A stretch of 64,000 bases of DNA from Vulcanimicrobiota bacterium (GCA_963733295.1 CAVTCS010000003.1:1152001-1216000); one strand, 5' to 3'; counted from the stretch's first letter, positions 28,213-38,521 are shown. Translations and numbers: made by a program. The notes: generated by a model not told the origin, from the sequence alone.

Positions 28213-30135
28213 ATGACCGCCCTCGCCAACGACGTATCGCTGGCCGAAGGCGTCGCGAACGCCATCGCTGCAAGCCGGGATCGGCTGCTCTCGCAGCAAC
28301 ATCCCGACGGCTACTGGTGGGCTAAGCTCGAATCGAACGTAACGATCACTTCGGAGATCGTGCTGCTCCACAAGATCTGGGGCACCGAGGCGCGCGTGCC
28401 GCTCGACAAGATGAAAAACTACCTGCTGCGCGAGCAGCGCGCGCACGGCGGCTGGGAGCTTTTCTACGACGACGGTGGCGAAGTCAGCACCTCGGTCGAA
28501 GCCTACATGGCGCTGCGTCTGCTCGGCGTTCCGGCCGACGATCCGGCGCTTTCGCACGCGCGCGAGTTCATTCTTGCGCGCGGCGGAATATCCAAAACGC
28601 GCGTCTTCACCAAGATGTTTCTGGCCCTCATCGGCTGTTACGATTGGCGCGGTTTGCCGATCCTTCCACCCTGGATCATGCTGCTGCCGAAGTGGTCGCC
28701 GTTTACGATCTACGACCTCTCGAGTTGGGCGCGCGGCAGCACCGTACCGTTGATCGTGGTATTCGATGGGCGTCCGGCGTACGAGATTTCGCCGAAGATC
28801 ACGCTCGAAGAGCTGTACGCCGAAGGCTACGAAAACGCGCGCTTCCGCCTGCCTGGCGGAACCCAGCCGATCGACGGCGTTTTTCTCGCGCTGGACGGAG
28901 CGCTGCGTTTGATGCAGGAAGCGAACCTCGTGCCGTTTCGCAAGCGCTCGATCGAAGCGGCACGGCGCTGGTTTCTCGAGCGCCAGGAAGAGATGGGCGA
29001 TTGGGCCGGGATCATTCCGGCGATGGTCAACTCGCTCTTGGCGTTGCGCTTGCTCGGCTACGACAAGGACGATCCGGCCGTGGCGCGCGGCTTGGATTCG
29101 ATCGATCGATTCGGGGTCGAAGACGGCGACTATTACTGGGTTCAGCCGAGCATCTCGGTCGTATGGGACACCGCGCTCGTGATTCGCGCGCTGGTCGACG
29201 CGGGCGTTCCTTCCGATCATCCCGCGCTCGCGCGCGGGGCCGAGTGGCTTATCTCGAAACAAATCCTCAAAGGCGGCGATTGGCAGTGGCGTTCCAAGGG
29301 CGAACCCGGAGGCTGGGCTTTCGAGTTTTGGAACGACTGTTATCCGGACGTCGACGACTCGGCAGCGGTCGTCATGGCTTTGCACGACGTCACGCTGCCC
29401 GACAACGCCCGTAAACGCGGCACGATCGTACGCGCGGCTCGCTGGATCGATTCGATGCAATCGCGCGCGGGCGGCTGGGGCGCCTATGACGTCGACAACG
29501 ACAAAGCGTGGCTCAACCGTTTACCATATGCTGACCTGCGCGCGATGATCGATCCGAACACCGCCGATCTGACCGCGCACGTGCTCGAGATGCACCTGCA
29601 CTGCGAAACGGTGGGTGACCACCGGAGCTTCGACCGCGGCGTGCGCTTTCTGCTGGCCGATCAGTGCGCCGACGGCTCGTGGTTCGGCCGCTGGGGCGTG
29701 AACTATCTCAACGGCACGGGCTCGGCGCTCGTGACGCTCTCGCTTCTGCCGGTGAAGCCGGAATACTCGCGCGCCCTCGATCGCGGCGTCGCATGGCTGC
29801 TGCGCGTGCAAAACGCCGACGGAGGCTGGGGCGAAACTCCCCGGAGTTACGATGACCCGGCGCTCAAGGCAATCGGACCGAGCACGCCGTCGCAGACCGC
29901 TTGGGTCTTGCAAGGGCTCATCGCATGCTACGATCGCCTCGCTGAGGCCGGCCGAACGGCGCTGGACCGCGGCATTGCATTTCTCGTCGAGCGGCAGCTT
30001 CCCGACGGCGGCTGGGACGAACCCGAATTCACGGGGACCGGTTTCCCCGGTCATTTCTACCTCAACTATAACCTCTATCGCGAGCACTATCCGCTCTCTG
30101 CGCTGGGGCGTTACGCCCGCTTGACTTCAGCCTGA
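28213..30135 (+). CDS. shc: Squalene-hopene cyclase
   Basis: QW repeats (QHPDGYW, QCADGSW, QNADGGW, QLPDGGW), catalytic DVDD, GGWAFEF, FTGTGFP. Confidence 0.97.
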   Translation: MTALANDVSLAEGVANAIAASRDRLLSQQHPDGYWWAKLESNVTITSEIVLLHKIWGTEARVPLDKMKNYLLREQRAHGGWELFYDDGGEVSTSVEAYMALRLLGVPADDPALSHAREFILARGGISKTRVFTKMFLALIGCYDWRGLPILPPWIMLLPKWSPFTIYDLSSWARGSTVPLIVVFDGRPAYEISPKITLEELYAEGYENARFRLPGGTQPIDGVFLALDGALRLMQEANLVPFRKRSIEAARRWFLERQEEMGDWAGIIPAMVNSLLALRLLGYDKDDPAVARGLDSIDRFGVEDGDYYWVQPSISVVWDTALVIRALVDAGVPSDHPALARGAEWLISKQILKGGDWQWRSKGEPGGWAFEFWNDCYPDVDDSAAVVMALHDVTLPDNARKRGTIVRAARWIDSMQSRAGGWGAYDVDNDKAWLNRLPYADLRAMIDPNTADLTAHVLEMHLHCETVGDHRSFDRGVRFLLADQCADGSWFGRWGVNYLNGTGSALVTLSLLPVKPEYSRALDRGVAWLLRVQNADGGWGETPRSYDDPALKAIGPSTPSQTAWVLQGLIACYDRLAEAGRTALDRGIAFLVERQLPDGGWDEPEFTGTGFPGHFYLNYNLYREHYPLSALGRYARLTSA

Positions 30136-30704
30136 GCCGTCCGGTTCACAAGCGCGTCTGCGTGTTCTGCGGATCGCGCGACGGCGACCGGCGGCTCTAT
30201 CGCGAAGCCGCCGCCGAACTGGGCCGCAAAATCGCGGAACGTGGTCTGGGTCTAGTCTACGGCGGAGGACGCGTCGGCTTGATGGGCGCGCTTGCGGACG
30301 CCGCGCTCGCTGCCGGCGGCGAAGTGATCGGAGTGATTCCGAAAGCGCTTGCCGCGCGGGAAGTCGCGCACGCTTCGGTCACGCACATGCATTTCGTCGA
30401 CTCGCTGGCCGAGCGCAAAGCCTTGATGTTCGAGCATGCCGACGCCTTCGTCACCCTCCCGGGTGGTTACGGTACGCTCGACGAGTTCTTCGAAGCCGTG
30501 ACCGAGCTGCAACTTGGATTTCACGCGAAACCTTGCGGGCTGCTCGACATCGACGGCTATTTCGACCGTTTGATCGGCATGCTCGAACATGCGATCTCCG
30601 AAGGATTCATCAGCCGCGAGCACCGTGCCCTGATAGCACACGAGAAGGATGCGGACGCTCTACTCGACCGGCTGCTCGGCCCGGCTCTTCTGCCGGAAAC
30701 CTAA
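30132..30704 (+). CDS. LOG-family (TIGR00730-like) nucleotide phosphoribohydrolase; probable CTG start
   Basis: KRVCVFCGS, YGGG, GLMG, ERK, PGGYGTLDE, HAKP. The conserved first strand begins upstream of GTG 30162; CTG 30132 overlaps the shc TGA. Confidence 0.88.
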   Translation: MSRPVHKRVCVFCGSRDGDRRLYREAAAELGRKIAERGLGLVYGGGRVGLMGALADAALAAGGEVIGVIPKALAAREVAHASVTHMHFVDSLAERKALMFEHADAFVTLPGGYGTLDEFFEAVTELQLGFHAKPCGLLDIDGYFDRLIGMLEHAISEGFISREHRALIAHEKDADALLDRLLGPALLPET

Positions 30705-30720
30705 TGCGCCGCGGCGTCGC

Positions 30721-30834
30721 TCAGTGTGAGACGGTTCGAAAGGCCTGACAGGCCGCAAAAATCAGCAGCGTCACGAGCACGCTGATCGCGATCGAGCCGA
30801 GGCAACCGACTCGGTTGTTGAAGAACAGGAACAT
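30721..30834 (-). CDS. Small membrane protein, 37 aa (MFLFFNNRVGCLGSIAISVLVTLLIFAACQAFRTVSH)
   Basis: Translated by hand (below the ORF-track length cutoff). ATG 3 nt after the panE stop; single hydrophobic helix. Confidence 0.65.
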   Translation of the reverse strand: MFLFFNNRVGCLGSIAISVLVTLLIFAACQAFRTVSH

Positions 30835-30837
30835 CGG

Positions 30838-31752
30838 CTACTCGCGGGAGGCTGCTTCTTTCGCTTTGACCAGGCGGAGAATCGCCTCGTTGTACGGCGT
30901 CGGCACGCCCGTGCGGCTGCCCGCGGCGACGATCGCGCCGTTGATCTGCTGCACCTCCGTCTTGAGGCGGGCGCCCAGATCGACCGTCATCGAGTTCCAG
31001 CCGTCGCTGCTCGAGGCGACGATGCTGCGCACGTATTCCCACGGATCGCCGAAGGGCAGGTTGATGTGCAGTGCCTTTGCGACCGCGGCGGCTTCGAGCG
31101 CGAGCGAACGCGCTAACTCGGCTGCGTTCGGGTCGGTCAGGATGATCGAGTTCTTGCTGTCGATCAGAGCCGAGATCGGATTGATCGCGGCGTTGGCGAG
31201 CAGCTTGCCCCACTGATGCGGGTGGATGTCGTAGGCGATCGCGCAGTCGAGGCCGCCGGCTTGCAGTAGCGCCTGCACCGCGCGCACCGTCTCGGTCGAG
31301 GCTCCCCCCGAACCGACGACGGTGGTCCCGACGCCCAGCCTGCGCGAACGCCCGTGTCCCACCGCGAGCGCCGACTCGTTCGTGATGCCGATGACGAGCG
31401 GCACGTTGCTGCCCAGCGCGACTTTGATGGCCTCCTCATTACCGAGCCCGTTCTGCAAGCTTACGATCGGGGTCGCGGGGTTGAGCTGGCCGGCGAACGG
31501 CCGGATCGCGGCCAGCGTGTTCGGCGCTTTGACGAACACGAACAGAAAGTTCGTCGCGAAGGCGCGGGCGGGGTCGATGCTCGCCACGACGGGCCGGGGC
31601 GGCAGATCGTCGATCTGTACGCCCTGCGCGTTGATCGACTCGACCACATCTCCACGGACGTCGATCAGCGTCACGTCGTTATCGGCCGCGAGCAGGTACG
31701 CGTACAGGGTGCCCATCGTGCCGGCGCCGAGAATTGCGACCTTTGCGCGCAT
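30838..31752 (-). CDS. panE: 2-dehydropantoate 2-reductase
   Basis: ILGAGTMG, FVKA, LQNGLG, WGKLLANAAINP, SMTVD...TEVQQING. Confidence 0.88.
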   Translation of the reverse strand: MRAKVAILGAGTMGTLYAYLLAADNDVTLIDVRGDVVESINAQGVQIDDLPPRPVVASIDPARAFATNFLFVFVKAPNTLAAIRPFAGQLNPATPIVSLQNGLGNEEAIKVALGSNVPLVIGITNESALAVGHGRSRRLGVGTTVVGSGGASTETVRAVQALLQAGGLDCAIAYDIHPHQWGKLLANAAINPISALIDSKNSIILTDPNAAELARSLALEAAAVAKALHINLPFGDPWEYVRSIVASSSDGWNSMTVDLGARLKTEVQQINGAIVAAGSRTGVPTPYNEAILRLVKAKEAASRE

Positions 31753-32459
31753 CAGTAGTAAGCCCGGTAGCGGCGGCCCCCCTGGCCCCGGCGTACCGTG
31801 AAGAATCCGATCGTAAAGACGCCCGTCAAGAAGCCTCCGATATGGGCGAAATAGGCGATGCCGCCGGCTTGTTCGGAGGCAACGTTCGTCGTAATGCTGC
31901 CGATTCCGTGAACGAACTGAACGACCGCCCACAGCCCAATCACGAGCGCGGCCGGCAAACGCAGCAAGAGCGGGAAACATCCGATCGGCACGACGGTGCG
32001 AATGCTGTTCCTCGGGAAGTTGAGGATATATGCGCCCAGCACGCCGGCGATGGCTCCCGAGGCACCGACGGAGGGTACGTGGCTTGCGGGCCCGACGGAA
32101 ATCTGGGCGAGCGCGCCCACGGTCCCGCACAATAAGTAGAACGCGGCGAAGCGCACGTGGCCGCACAAGTACTCGATCTCGGGACCGAACACGACCAGAA
32201 ACAGCATGTTGAAGAAAATGTGCAGGAATCCGCCGTGGAAAAACTGCGACGTGATCAGGGTCAGCAGCGTCGGCGGAGCCGGCGGCTCGAGCTGCACGCC
32301 GTGCGTCACGTCATACGGGATGAGTGCAAAGCTGTTGATGAAGGCGTCAGGGTGCGGCGCGCTCAGTTCTTGCACGAAGACCAGGATGTTCAACGCCACG
32401 ATCGCGTAGACGACGATCGGAAACACCGGCACCGCGCCGCGCGTGGCCAGCGGAATCAT
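31752..32459 (-). CDS. Rhomboid intramembrane serine protease
   Basis: FHGGFLHIFFNM, GASG (catalytic Ser), AHIGG (catalytic His). Confidence 0.92.
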   Translation of the reverse strand: MIPLATRGAVPVFPIVVYAIVALNILVFVQELSAPHPDAFINSFALIPYDVTHGVQLEPPAPPTLLTLITSQFFHGGFLHIFFNMLFLVVFGPEIEYLCGHVRFAAFYLLCGTVGALAQISVGPASHVPSVGASGAIAGVLGAYILNFPRNSIRTVVPIGCFPLLLRLPAALVIGLWAVVQFVHGIGSITTNVASEQAGGIAYFAHIGGFLTGVFTIGFFTVRRGQGGRRYRAYY

Positions 32460-32469
32460 CGGGCTCGGC

Positions 32470-34095
32470 TCAGAGCTCGAACTGTAACCCGAAGACGGCG
32501 CGCCGGTCGGTGTAGAGCAGATCGCGGCCGCCGCCGAAGAACTGCAGCTTCTGTCCCGGCGAAAGGTAGAGATACGTGTCGAGTGTGGGATGCCGCAGAT
32601 CGTAGAAGCGCACGTCGAAGCCGACCGGGCGCGTCGCGATTCCGCCGTACAGCCCGAGCTGCGAGTACTCGATGCCGCCACCGTAGCGCAACTGACCCGA
32701 ATGATCGAGGAGCAGTAAGTTTCCGGTACTCGCAAAACCGAGATCGTTCACCCCGGCGACGAGGCTCGTACGATTGTTCGGCAGGATGATCGCGTTGAAG
32801 TCGCTCGTCAGCCCGCGGTCGGCGGTCAAGAGCGGCGAGGTGTTGCGTTCGGCACTGGCCGGTCGCTGCGGTTCGAGTTGCGAGATCCGAAACTGCAGGG
32901 TGACCAGGTTGTCGAGGAAGTTGCTGAGTTTGGCGTGCAGCTGAGTAACGCCGTGACTGGAAGTCCCCTCCGCAACTTGCGGGGCCGGCGTCGAACCGCT
33001 CGCCGGCGGGACGCCGCTCGAATGCGAGCTGCCGGGCCCGTTGGCCGGCGAAGCGCTCGGCAAAAGACCCGGGGAAGCGCCCGCGGCCGGCGGCGTCGCA
33101 CCCTGGTCGATGCCGTAGACGGCGCTCTGACCACCCAACTGCGCCAGCAGCGAATCCAGCTTCTGCGTGCTCGCGTCGATCTGCGCGACGGTATCGCGAA
33201 GTTGCGCCTGCGTCTGCGGATCCGAGGTGACCTTTCGCAGGTCGTTCGTGAGTTCTGCAAACGTATGGGCCGTTAAGGCGAGCGAGCGCGTCGTCGAAAT
33301 CAAGTTCTCTTTGACTTCCGGGTTGGTGGCAACGTCGCGCAGCGAATCGACCGCGACGTTTAAAGAATTGGCGGTGCGCGTGAGTTGCCCGAGCAGCTGA
33401 TCGACCTTACCCGAATCGCGCGCCGTGGTCTTGGCGAGGGTGTCGGTGAGCGCCTGAACGTTCTTGCCGGAGGTACCGAGCGTGACCGACAGCTGATCGG
33501 TCAGGAGCAGGGCCCGGCGCGAGAGCTCACCCAGCGAGTCGTTTGCCGTTTGCGAAACCGCGCTCGCGTTGCGCATCGTGACTTGCAACTGGCGCAGCAA
33601 ATCCGGTGTCGCAGCCTGAACCTGGCCGAGGATGTTGTCGAGTCGCCGGACTTCGCCTTGACCTTCTTCGATCAGGTCGGCAAAGGTCACCGGGTTGGTG
33701 CCCACAGGCTGCTGACCGATGGGCAAGAGCTCGCGGGCCAGCGTCGGCGTGTTCGCGTCGACGTCCTTGGGCGGCGCGATGAGCACGTTAGGCTCCCCGG
33801 TGAGCGGCGCTTGGATCAGAAATTTCGAACCGACCGGTATCGAGTATTCGGGCTTGATCGCCATAACGACGTCGACCGAGTAGTCCGGCTGCAGGTCGAC
33901 GCGGTCGACCGCACCGATCGGGACGCCGCTCAGGTAGACATACGCGGCCTGATGAAGGCCGTTGGCCGAACGAAAGTGCACGCCGATCTTGTAACCGCGA
34001 GAGCGCGTTCCGATATCGGCCAGAACGTAAAAGACGCCGAAAATCGCCAGCGCCGCGATGATGGTAAAGAGACCGACTTGTGCGCGTTTGGTCAT
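32470..34095 (-). CDS. mlaD: Long MlaD/MCE protein with helical stalk and beta-rich C-terminus
   Basis: N-terminal TM, MCE domain (FRSANGL...SGVPIGAV), heptad-like region, P/S/A linker, amphipathic strands ending VFGLQFEL. Confidence 0.85.
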   Translation of the reverse strand: MTKRAQVGLFTIIAALAIFGVFYVLADIGTRSRGYKIGVHFRSANGLHQAAYVYLSGVPIGAVDRVDLQPDYSVDVVMAIKPEYSIPVGSKFLIQAPLTGEPNVLIAPPKDVDANTPTLARELLPIGQQPVGTNPVTFADLIEEGQGEVRRLDNILGQVQAATPDLLRQLQVTMRNASAVSQTANDSLGELSRRALLLTDQLSVTLGTSGKNVQALTDTLAKTTARDSGKVDQLLGQLTRTANSLNVAVDSLRDVATNPEVKENLISTTRSLALTAHTFAELTNDLRKVTSDPQTQAQLRDTVAQIDASTQKLDSLLAQLGGQSAVYGIDQGATPPAAGASPGLLPSASPANGPGSSHSSGVPPASGSTPAPQVAEGTSSHGVTQLHAKLSNFLDNLVTLQFRISQLEPQRPASAERNTSPLLTADRGLTSDFNAIILPNNRTSLVAGVNDLGFASTGNLLLLDHSGQLRYGGGIEYSQLGLYGGIATRPVGFDVRFYDLRHPTLDTYLYLSPGQKLQFFGGGRDLLYTDRRAVFGLQFEL

Positions 34096-34111
34096 GCTGT
34101 CTCCGCCGTCC

Positions 34112-34861
34112 CTAAATCGGGATAGGACCGACCTCGCTTCCTTGAAGGAATTGCTGCACGATGGGGTTCAGGGAACGCTTCACCTCTTCGACCGTTCCAT
34201 ATTCGATGATGGCTCCCTCGAATAGCATCGCAATATAATCGGCCATCGCGAAGATGCTCTCGAGGTCGTGCGATACCACGACCACCGTTCCGTTCAGCTG
34301 CCGCCTCAGGCGCTTGATCGTGTCGGTGAGGACGTGGGTGATGATCGGGTCGAGTCCGGTCGTCGGTTCGTCGTAGAGCACGAGCTCGGGGTTGTTCACC
34401 ACGGCCCGGGCGAAGCCGGCCCGCTTGAGCATGCCGCCCGAGAGTTCGGCCGGCATCCGATCGGTGATGTGATTGAGGCCGACGGAGTCCAGGGTAGCCT
34501 CGACCACCCGCTCGATCTCCGCTTCGTGCATCCGGGTATGCTCGCGGAGCGGCATCGCAACGTTCTCACCGACGGTGAGACTGTCGAAGAGGGCCGCGAA
34601 CTGAAACGAAAAGCCGATCTTCGTGCGGAATTCGATCAGCTCGCGATGCGACATGCAGCAGACGTCGATTCCTTTGACGTAGACGTGTCCGGTGTCGGGC
34701 TTTCGCAGCCCGTTGAGCAAGCGCAGGATCGTCGACTTCCCGGCGCCCGACATGCCGATCAAGCACGTAATCGCACGCTCCTTGATCTCCAGCGTGCAGT
34801 TCTGCAAGACGACCTTTTGGCCGAACCGGAGCGAGACGTTGTCGATGAGCGCGAAGCTCAT
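34112..34861 (-). CDS. mlaF: Mla/Mkl ABC transporter ATPase
   Basis: GMSGAGKS, FQFAALFDSL, LSGGMLKR, YDEPTTGLDP, SHD. ATGA overlap with mlaE. Confidence 0.9.
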   Translation of the reverse strand: MSFALIDNVSLRFGQKVVLQNCTLEIKERAITCLIGMSGAGKSTILRLLNGLRKPDTGHVYVKGIDVCCMSHRELIEFRTKIGFSFQFAALFDSLTVGENVAMPLREHTRMHEAEIERVVEATLDSVGLNHITDRMPAELSGGMLKRAGFARAVVNNPELVLYDEPTTGLDPIITHVLTDTIKRLRRQLNGTVVVVSHDLESIFAMADYIAMLFEGAIIEYGTVEEVKRSLNPIVQQFLQGSEVGPIPI

Positions 34862-35637
34862 TTCGTCGCTCCGAACAGCAGGTACGAGAGCAAGAAATTC
34901 GTCGCGAAAATCAGGATGATCGAGGTAACGACGGCTGCCGTCGTCGACTTGCCGACGCCGGCGGCGCCACCGCGGGTAGCGAGTCCCTGATAACACGAGA
35001 TGATTACGATGATGATACCGAAGACCATCGCCTTAAGGAGACCCTTGATGAAGTCGCCGAACGGTGTGTAGGCTCGCGCCGACTGAATGAACGAGTCGTA
35101 GCTGATTCCGGCCGAAGCCCGCGCCAGCCACATACCGCCGAGAATTGCGATCACGTCGCCCAAAATAGTCAGCAGCGGCATCATGACGATCATCGCCAAC
35201 AGGCGCGGAACGACCAGCTGTTGGACCGGCGAGAGTCCGAGAGCTTCGAGCGCTTCGACCTGCTCGGTCACGACCATCGAGCCCAGCTCGGCGGCCATGG
35301 CGGCGCCGGCCCGGCCGGCCACGACGACCGCCGAAAGCATCGGCCCGAGTTCGCGCGCCGTCGTATAGGTGACCGCGCCTCCGACGAGGCTCGAGACGCC
35401 GTAGTTCGTGGCCTGCTGCGCCGACTCGAAAGCGATGACCAGACCCGTGAACAGCGAGGTCAGCAAGACGATCGTCGTGGACTGGACGCCGAGCAGGTAC
35501 GCCTGGGAGATCGTCTCGCCGAAGCGGATGCGAAACCGGCCGAGGAACGACAAAGCGTCGAGCGAGAGGGTCGCGACGCCGCCGGCATATTCGAGGATTC
35601 CGACCGTGCCGCGACCGACGTCGTCCAGAACCTTCAT
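34858..35637 (-). CDS. mlaE: Mla ABC transporter permease
   Basis: RELGP, AGRAGAAMAAELGSMVVTEQVEAL, VVPR, GGAAGVG.STT. Confidence 0.92.
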   Translation of the reverse strand: MKVLDDVGRGTVGILEYAGGVATLSLDALSFLGRFRIRFGETISQAYLLGVQSTTIVLLTSLFTGLVIAFESAQQATNYGVSSLVGGAVTYTTARELGPMLSAVVVAGRAGAAMAAELGSMVVTEQVEALEALGLSPVQQLVVPRLLAMIVMMPLLTILGDVIAILGGMWLARASAGISYDSFIQSARAYTPFGDFIKGLLKAMVFGIIIVIISCYQGLATRGGAAGVGKSTTAAVVTSIILIFATNFLLSYLLFGATK

Positions 35638-35972
35638 TCGGCGGCGAGTTCCTCGACTTGGGCGAGGACGCCTTGCGTCGCTTCGATGCGGCGCGCGGTC
35701 ACGCCACGCTCGGCGGTGAGGTTGTACTGAAGCTGGCTTACGCGCCCGAGCCGCCGCTCGAGGTCGCCTAAGTGATTTTGCGCCTCGCGCGCGAAGCCCG
35801 CGAAGTACTTCCGCGCCGCTTTGAGATAGGCGTCGACGACGCTCTGCGACGGATCGCCTTGGGCGAGCGCGCGCAGCATCGCTTCTTGAGCACGCCGCAT
35901 CGCTTTATCGCGGACGTAGAAGCGGCCGATTTCGGTCGCGAGCGCTTGGAGTCGCTGCCGCTCAACCGGCAT
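35634..35972 (-). CDS. Hypothetical coiled-coil protein (112 aa)
   Basis: Overlaps both rph and mlaE in operon fashion; helical composition. Confidence 0.7.
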   Translation of the reverse strand: MPVERQRLQALATEIGRFYVRDKAMRRAQEAMLRALAQGDPSQSVVDAYLKAARKYFAGFAREAQNHLGDLERRLGRVSQLQYNLTAERGVTARRIEATQGVLAQVEELAAE

Positions 35973-36693
35973 GAACGGCGAGCGCAGATTGCTGGTGTTC
36001 GAAAAGCCGGCGGATCCCGCTTTCGGCCAACGCGAGCATCGTGTCGAGTTGCTCGCGGTCGAACGGCGCCGACTCGGCGGTGCCCTGAACTTCGACGAAG
36101 GCTCCCGCGTCGGTCATCGCCACGTTCATATCGACGTCGGCGCGGCTGTCCTCGGCATAGGCCAAGTCCAAGTGCGCGACGCCGTCGACGTAGCCGACGC
36201 TGACCGCCGCAACTTGACGCACGAGCGGCCACTTCGCCGTTCCCGGGGCAAAATCGCGACGCAGCGCCAGCGCGAGCGCTACGTACGCACCGGTGATCGC
36301 GGCGGTCCGCGTTCCGCCGTCGGCTTGCAGCACGTCGCAGTCGATGGTCACGCTCCGCTCTCCCAAAAGTTTGAGATCGGTGACCGCGCGCAGGGCTCGT
36401 CCGATCAAGCGCTGGATCTCGTGGGTTCGGCCACCGACCCGGCCACGCGTCGATTCGCGCTGGGTGCGCTCCTCGGTAGCCCGCGGCAACATTGCGTACT
36501 CCGCGGTGACCCAGCCCCGGCCCTGGCCGCGCAGCCATGGCGGCACGCGTTCTTCGAGCGTCGCAGCGCACAACACCCGCGTGCGGCCGACCGAGATCAG
36601 CGCGCTGCCTTCCGCAAAAGCTAAGGGATTCGCCTCGATCGAGACGGAGCGCAACGCGTCGAGGGCGCGGCCGTCCTCGCGCGCCCTATTCAA
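35962..36693 (-). CDS. rph: Ribonuclease PH
   Basis: [52 protein letters not shown] start overlapping the glmS end. Confidence 0.95.
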   Translation of the reverse strand: MNRAREDGRALDALRSVSIEANPLAFAEGSALISVGRTRVLCAATLEERVPPWLRGQGRGWVTAEYAMLPRATEERTQRESTRGRVGGRTHEIQRLIGRALRAVTDLKLLGERSVTIDCDVLQADGGTRTAAITGAYVALALALRRDFAPGTAKWPLVRQVAAVSVGYVDGVAHLDLAYAEDSRADVDMNVAMTDAGAFVEVQGTAESAPFDREQLDTMLALAESGIRRLFEHQQSALAVHAG

Positions 36694-38521
36694 CCGTGAC
36701 GGTCTTTGCGAGGTTCCGCGGCTGATCGACATCCTTCCCTTCGATGTCGGCGATGTGATATGCCAGCAATTGCAAGGGAACGACGTTGACGATCGGCGAG
36801 AGCAGTTCGTTAACGCGCGGAACCCACAGCACGTGTTCCGCGACCGCCTCAACTTCGCTGTCGCCGTAGTTCGCCACGGCGACGATCTGCGCCTCACGCG
36901 CTTTGGCCTCGGCTAAATTCGACAACATCTTTTCGCGAACGCGTCCTTCGGTGACGACGCCCACGACCGGCACGCGAGCGTCGAGTAGCGCGATCGGTCC
37001 GTGCTTCATCTCGCCTGCCGCGTAGCCCTCGGCATGAATGTAGGCGATCTCCTTGAGCTTGAGCGCGCCTTCGAGCGCGGTGGGAAAGTTGACATATCGC
37101 CCGAGGAACAGCACCGTCTTCGCCTTCTTCAAGCGGCGTGCGACTTTGCGAATCTCGTCGGAGGTGTTCAGCACGACGTCGATCGCCGCCGGCAAGAGTT
37201 TCATGCCCTCGGCGATCTCATGCAACCGTTCGATGTCTTGGCTCCGGCGCAGCCGGGCCAGATACAGCGCGAAAAGCACCATCGCTATCGTCTGCGAAAC
37301 GTAGGTCTTCGTCGCCGCCACGCCGATCTCGGGGCCGCCCCGCGTGTAGAGTACTCCGTCGGCTAAACGCGTGAGATGCGAGCCTAAGACGTTGCAAACA
37401 CCAAGCACCGGGGACCCGGCGGCTTGAGCGACCTTGATCGCTTCCATCGTGTCGGCCGTTTCGCCGGATTGTGACAACGCGATCGTCAGCGTGCGCGGGT
37501 CCAGCAGACGATCGCCGTAGCGGAACTCGCTGGCCAGCTCCATCTCGACGGGCAACTTGCAGAGCGCGCGTAAGAGATACATCCCGACCATGCCCGCGTA
37601 GTAGGCCGAGCCGCAGCCGGTGATCGAGATCTTGGTCATTGCGCGCAGCAAGCCCTCATCCAGCTTGAGTTCGGAGAATAGCTGGACGTCGTTCGATTCG
37701 TCGATGCGGCCCGCCAAGGTTTCCTTGACGACGCTGGGTTGAACGAAGATCTCCTTGAGCATGAAGTGTTTGAACCCGGTCTTCTCGGCGGAACTCGCGT
37801 CCCACATCACCTGCGTAACCTCGCGCTCGATCGGGTTCCCGTCGAAATCGGTGAGCTTGTAGCCCGAGGGTCCGATGACGACCATCTCGTTCTCGCGCAG
37901 GATGATCTGCTTGCGCGTGTACTGCAGAATCGCCGGGGTGTCGCTCGCCACGAACATCTCACGATCTCCGATGCCGACGACGAGCGGGCTCGCGCCGCTA
38001 CGAGCAAAGACGAGTTCGCCGGGCGAATCCGAGGAGATAACGCCCAGGGCATACGCGCCGCGAACCTCACGCAGCGTGCGGCGCAACGCGCCGGGCAGAT
38101 CGCCCTCGTAGTACTCCTCGATGAGGTGGGCGATCACTTCGGTGTCCGTCTCGCTGCGAAACGAGTGCCCCGCAGCCAGGAGCCGATCGCGCAGGACGCC
38201 GTAGTTTTCGATGATCCCGTTGTGCACGACCGCGAGCTTGCTCGAACAATCCATGTGCGGGTGCGCGTTCATATCCGAGGGGCGCCCGTGGGTCGCCCAA
38301 CGCGTGTGGCCGAGACCGGTCGTACCGGCTAGCGGTTCCGCGCCTAGCCGATCGACCAGGCGGCCGAGTTTCCCCTCGGCCTTGCTTCCGCTGAGAATGC
38401 CGCGTTCGTCGATGACGGCGATGCCCGCGCTATCGTATCCGCGATACTCGAGACGCCGCAGCGAATCGAGAATGATCGGGACCGAGTCGCGACTCCCTAC
38501 GTAGCCGACGATTCCACACAT
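36686..38521 (-). CDS. glmS: Glutamine-fructose-6-phosphate transaminase
   Basis: [43 protein letters not shown]. Confidence 0.97.
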   Translation of the reverse strand: MCGIVGYVGSRDSVPIILDSLRRLEYRGYDSAGIAVIDERGILSGSKAEGKLGRLVDRLGAEPLAGTTGLGHTRWATHGRPSDMNAHPHMDCSSKLAVVHNGIIENYGVLRDRLLAAGHSFRSETDTEVIAHLIEEYYEGDLPGALRRTLREVRGAYALGVISSDSPGELVFARSGASPLVVGIGDREMFVASDTPAILQYTRKQIILRENEMVVIGPSGYKLTDFDGNPIEREVTQVMWDASSAEKTGFKHFMLKEIFVQPSVVKETLAGRIDESNDVQLFSELKLDEGLLRAMTKISITGCGSAYYAGMVGMYLLRALCKLPVEMELASEFRYGDRLLDPRTLTIALSQSGETADTMEAIKVAQAAGSPVLGVCNVLGSHLTRLADGVLYTRGGPEIGVAATKTYVSQTIAMVLFALYLARLRRSQDIERLHEIAEGMKLLPAAIDVVLNTSDEIRKVARRLKKAKTVLFLGRYVNFPTALEGALKLKEIAYIHAEGYAAGEMKHGPIALLDARVPVVGVVTEGRVREKMLSNLAEAKAREAQIVAVANYGDSEVEAVAEHVLWVPRVNELLSPIVNVVPLQLLAYHIADIEGKDVDQPRNLAKTVTVE

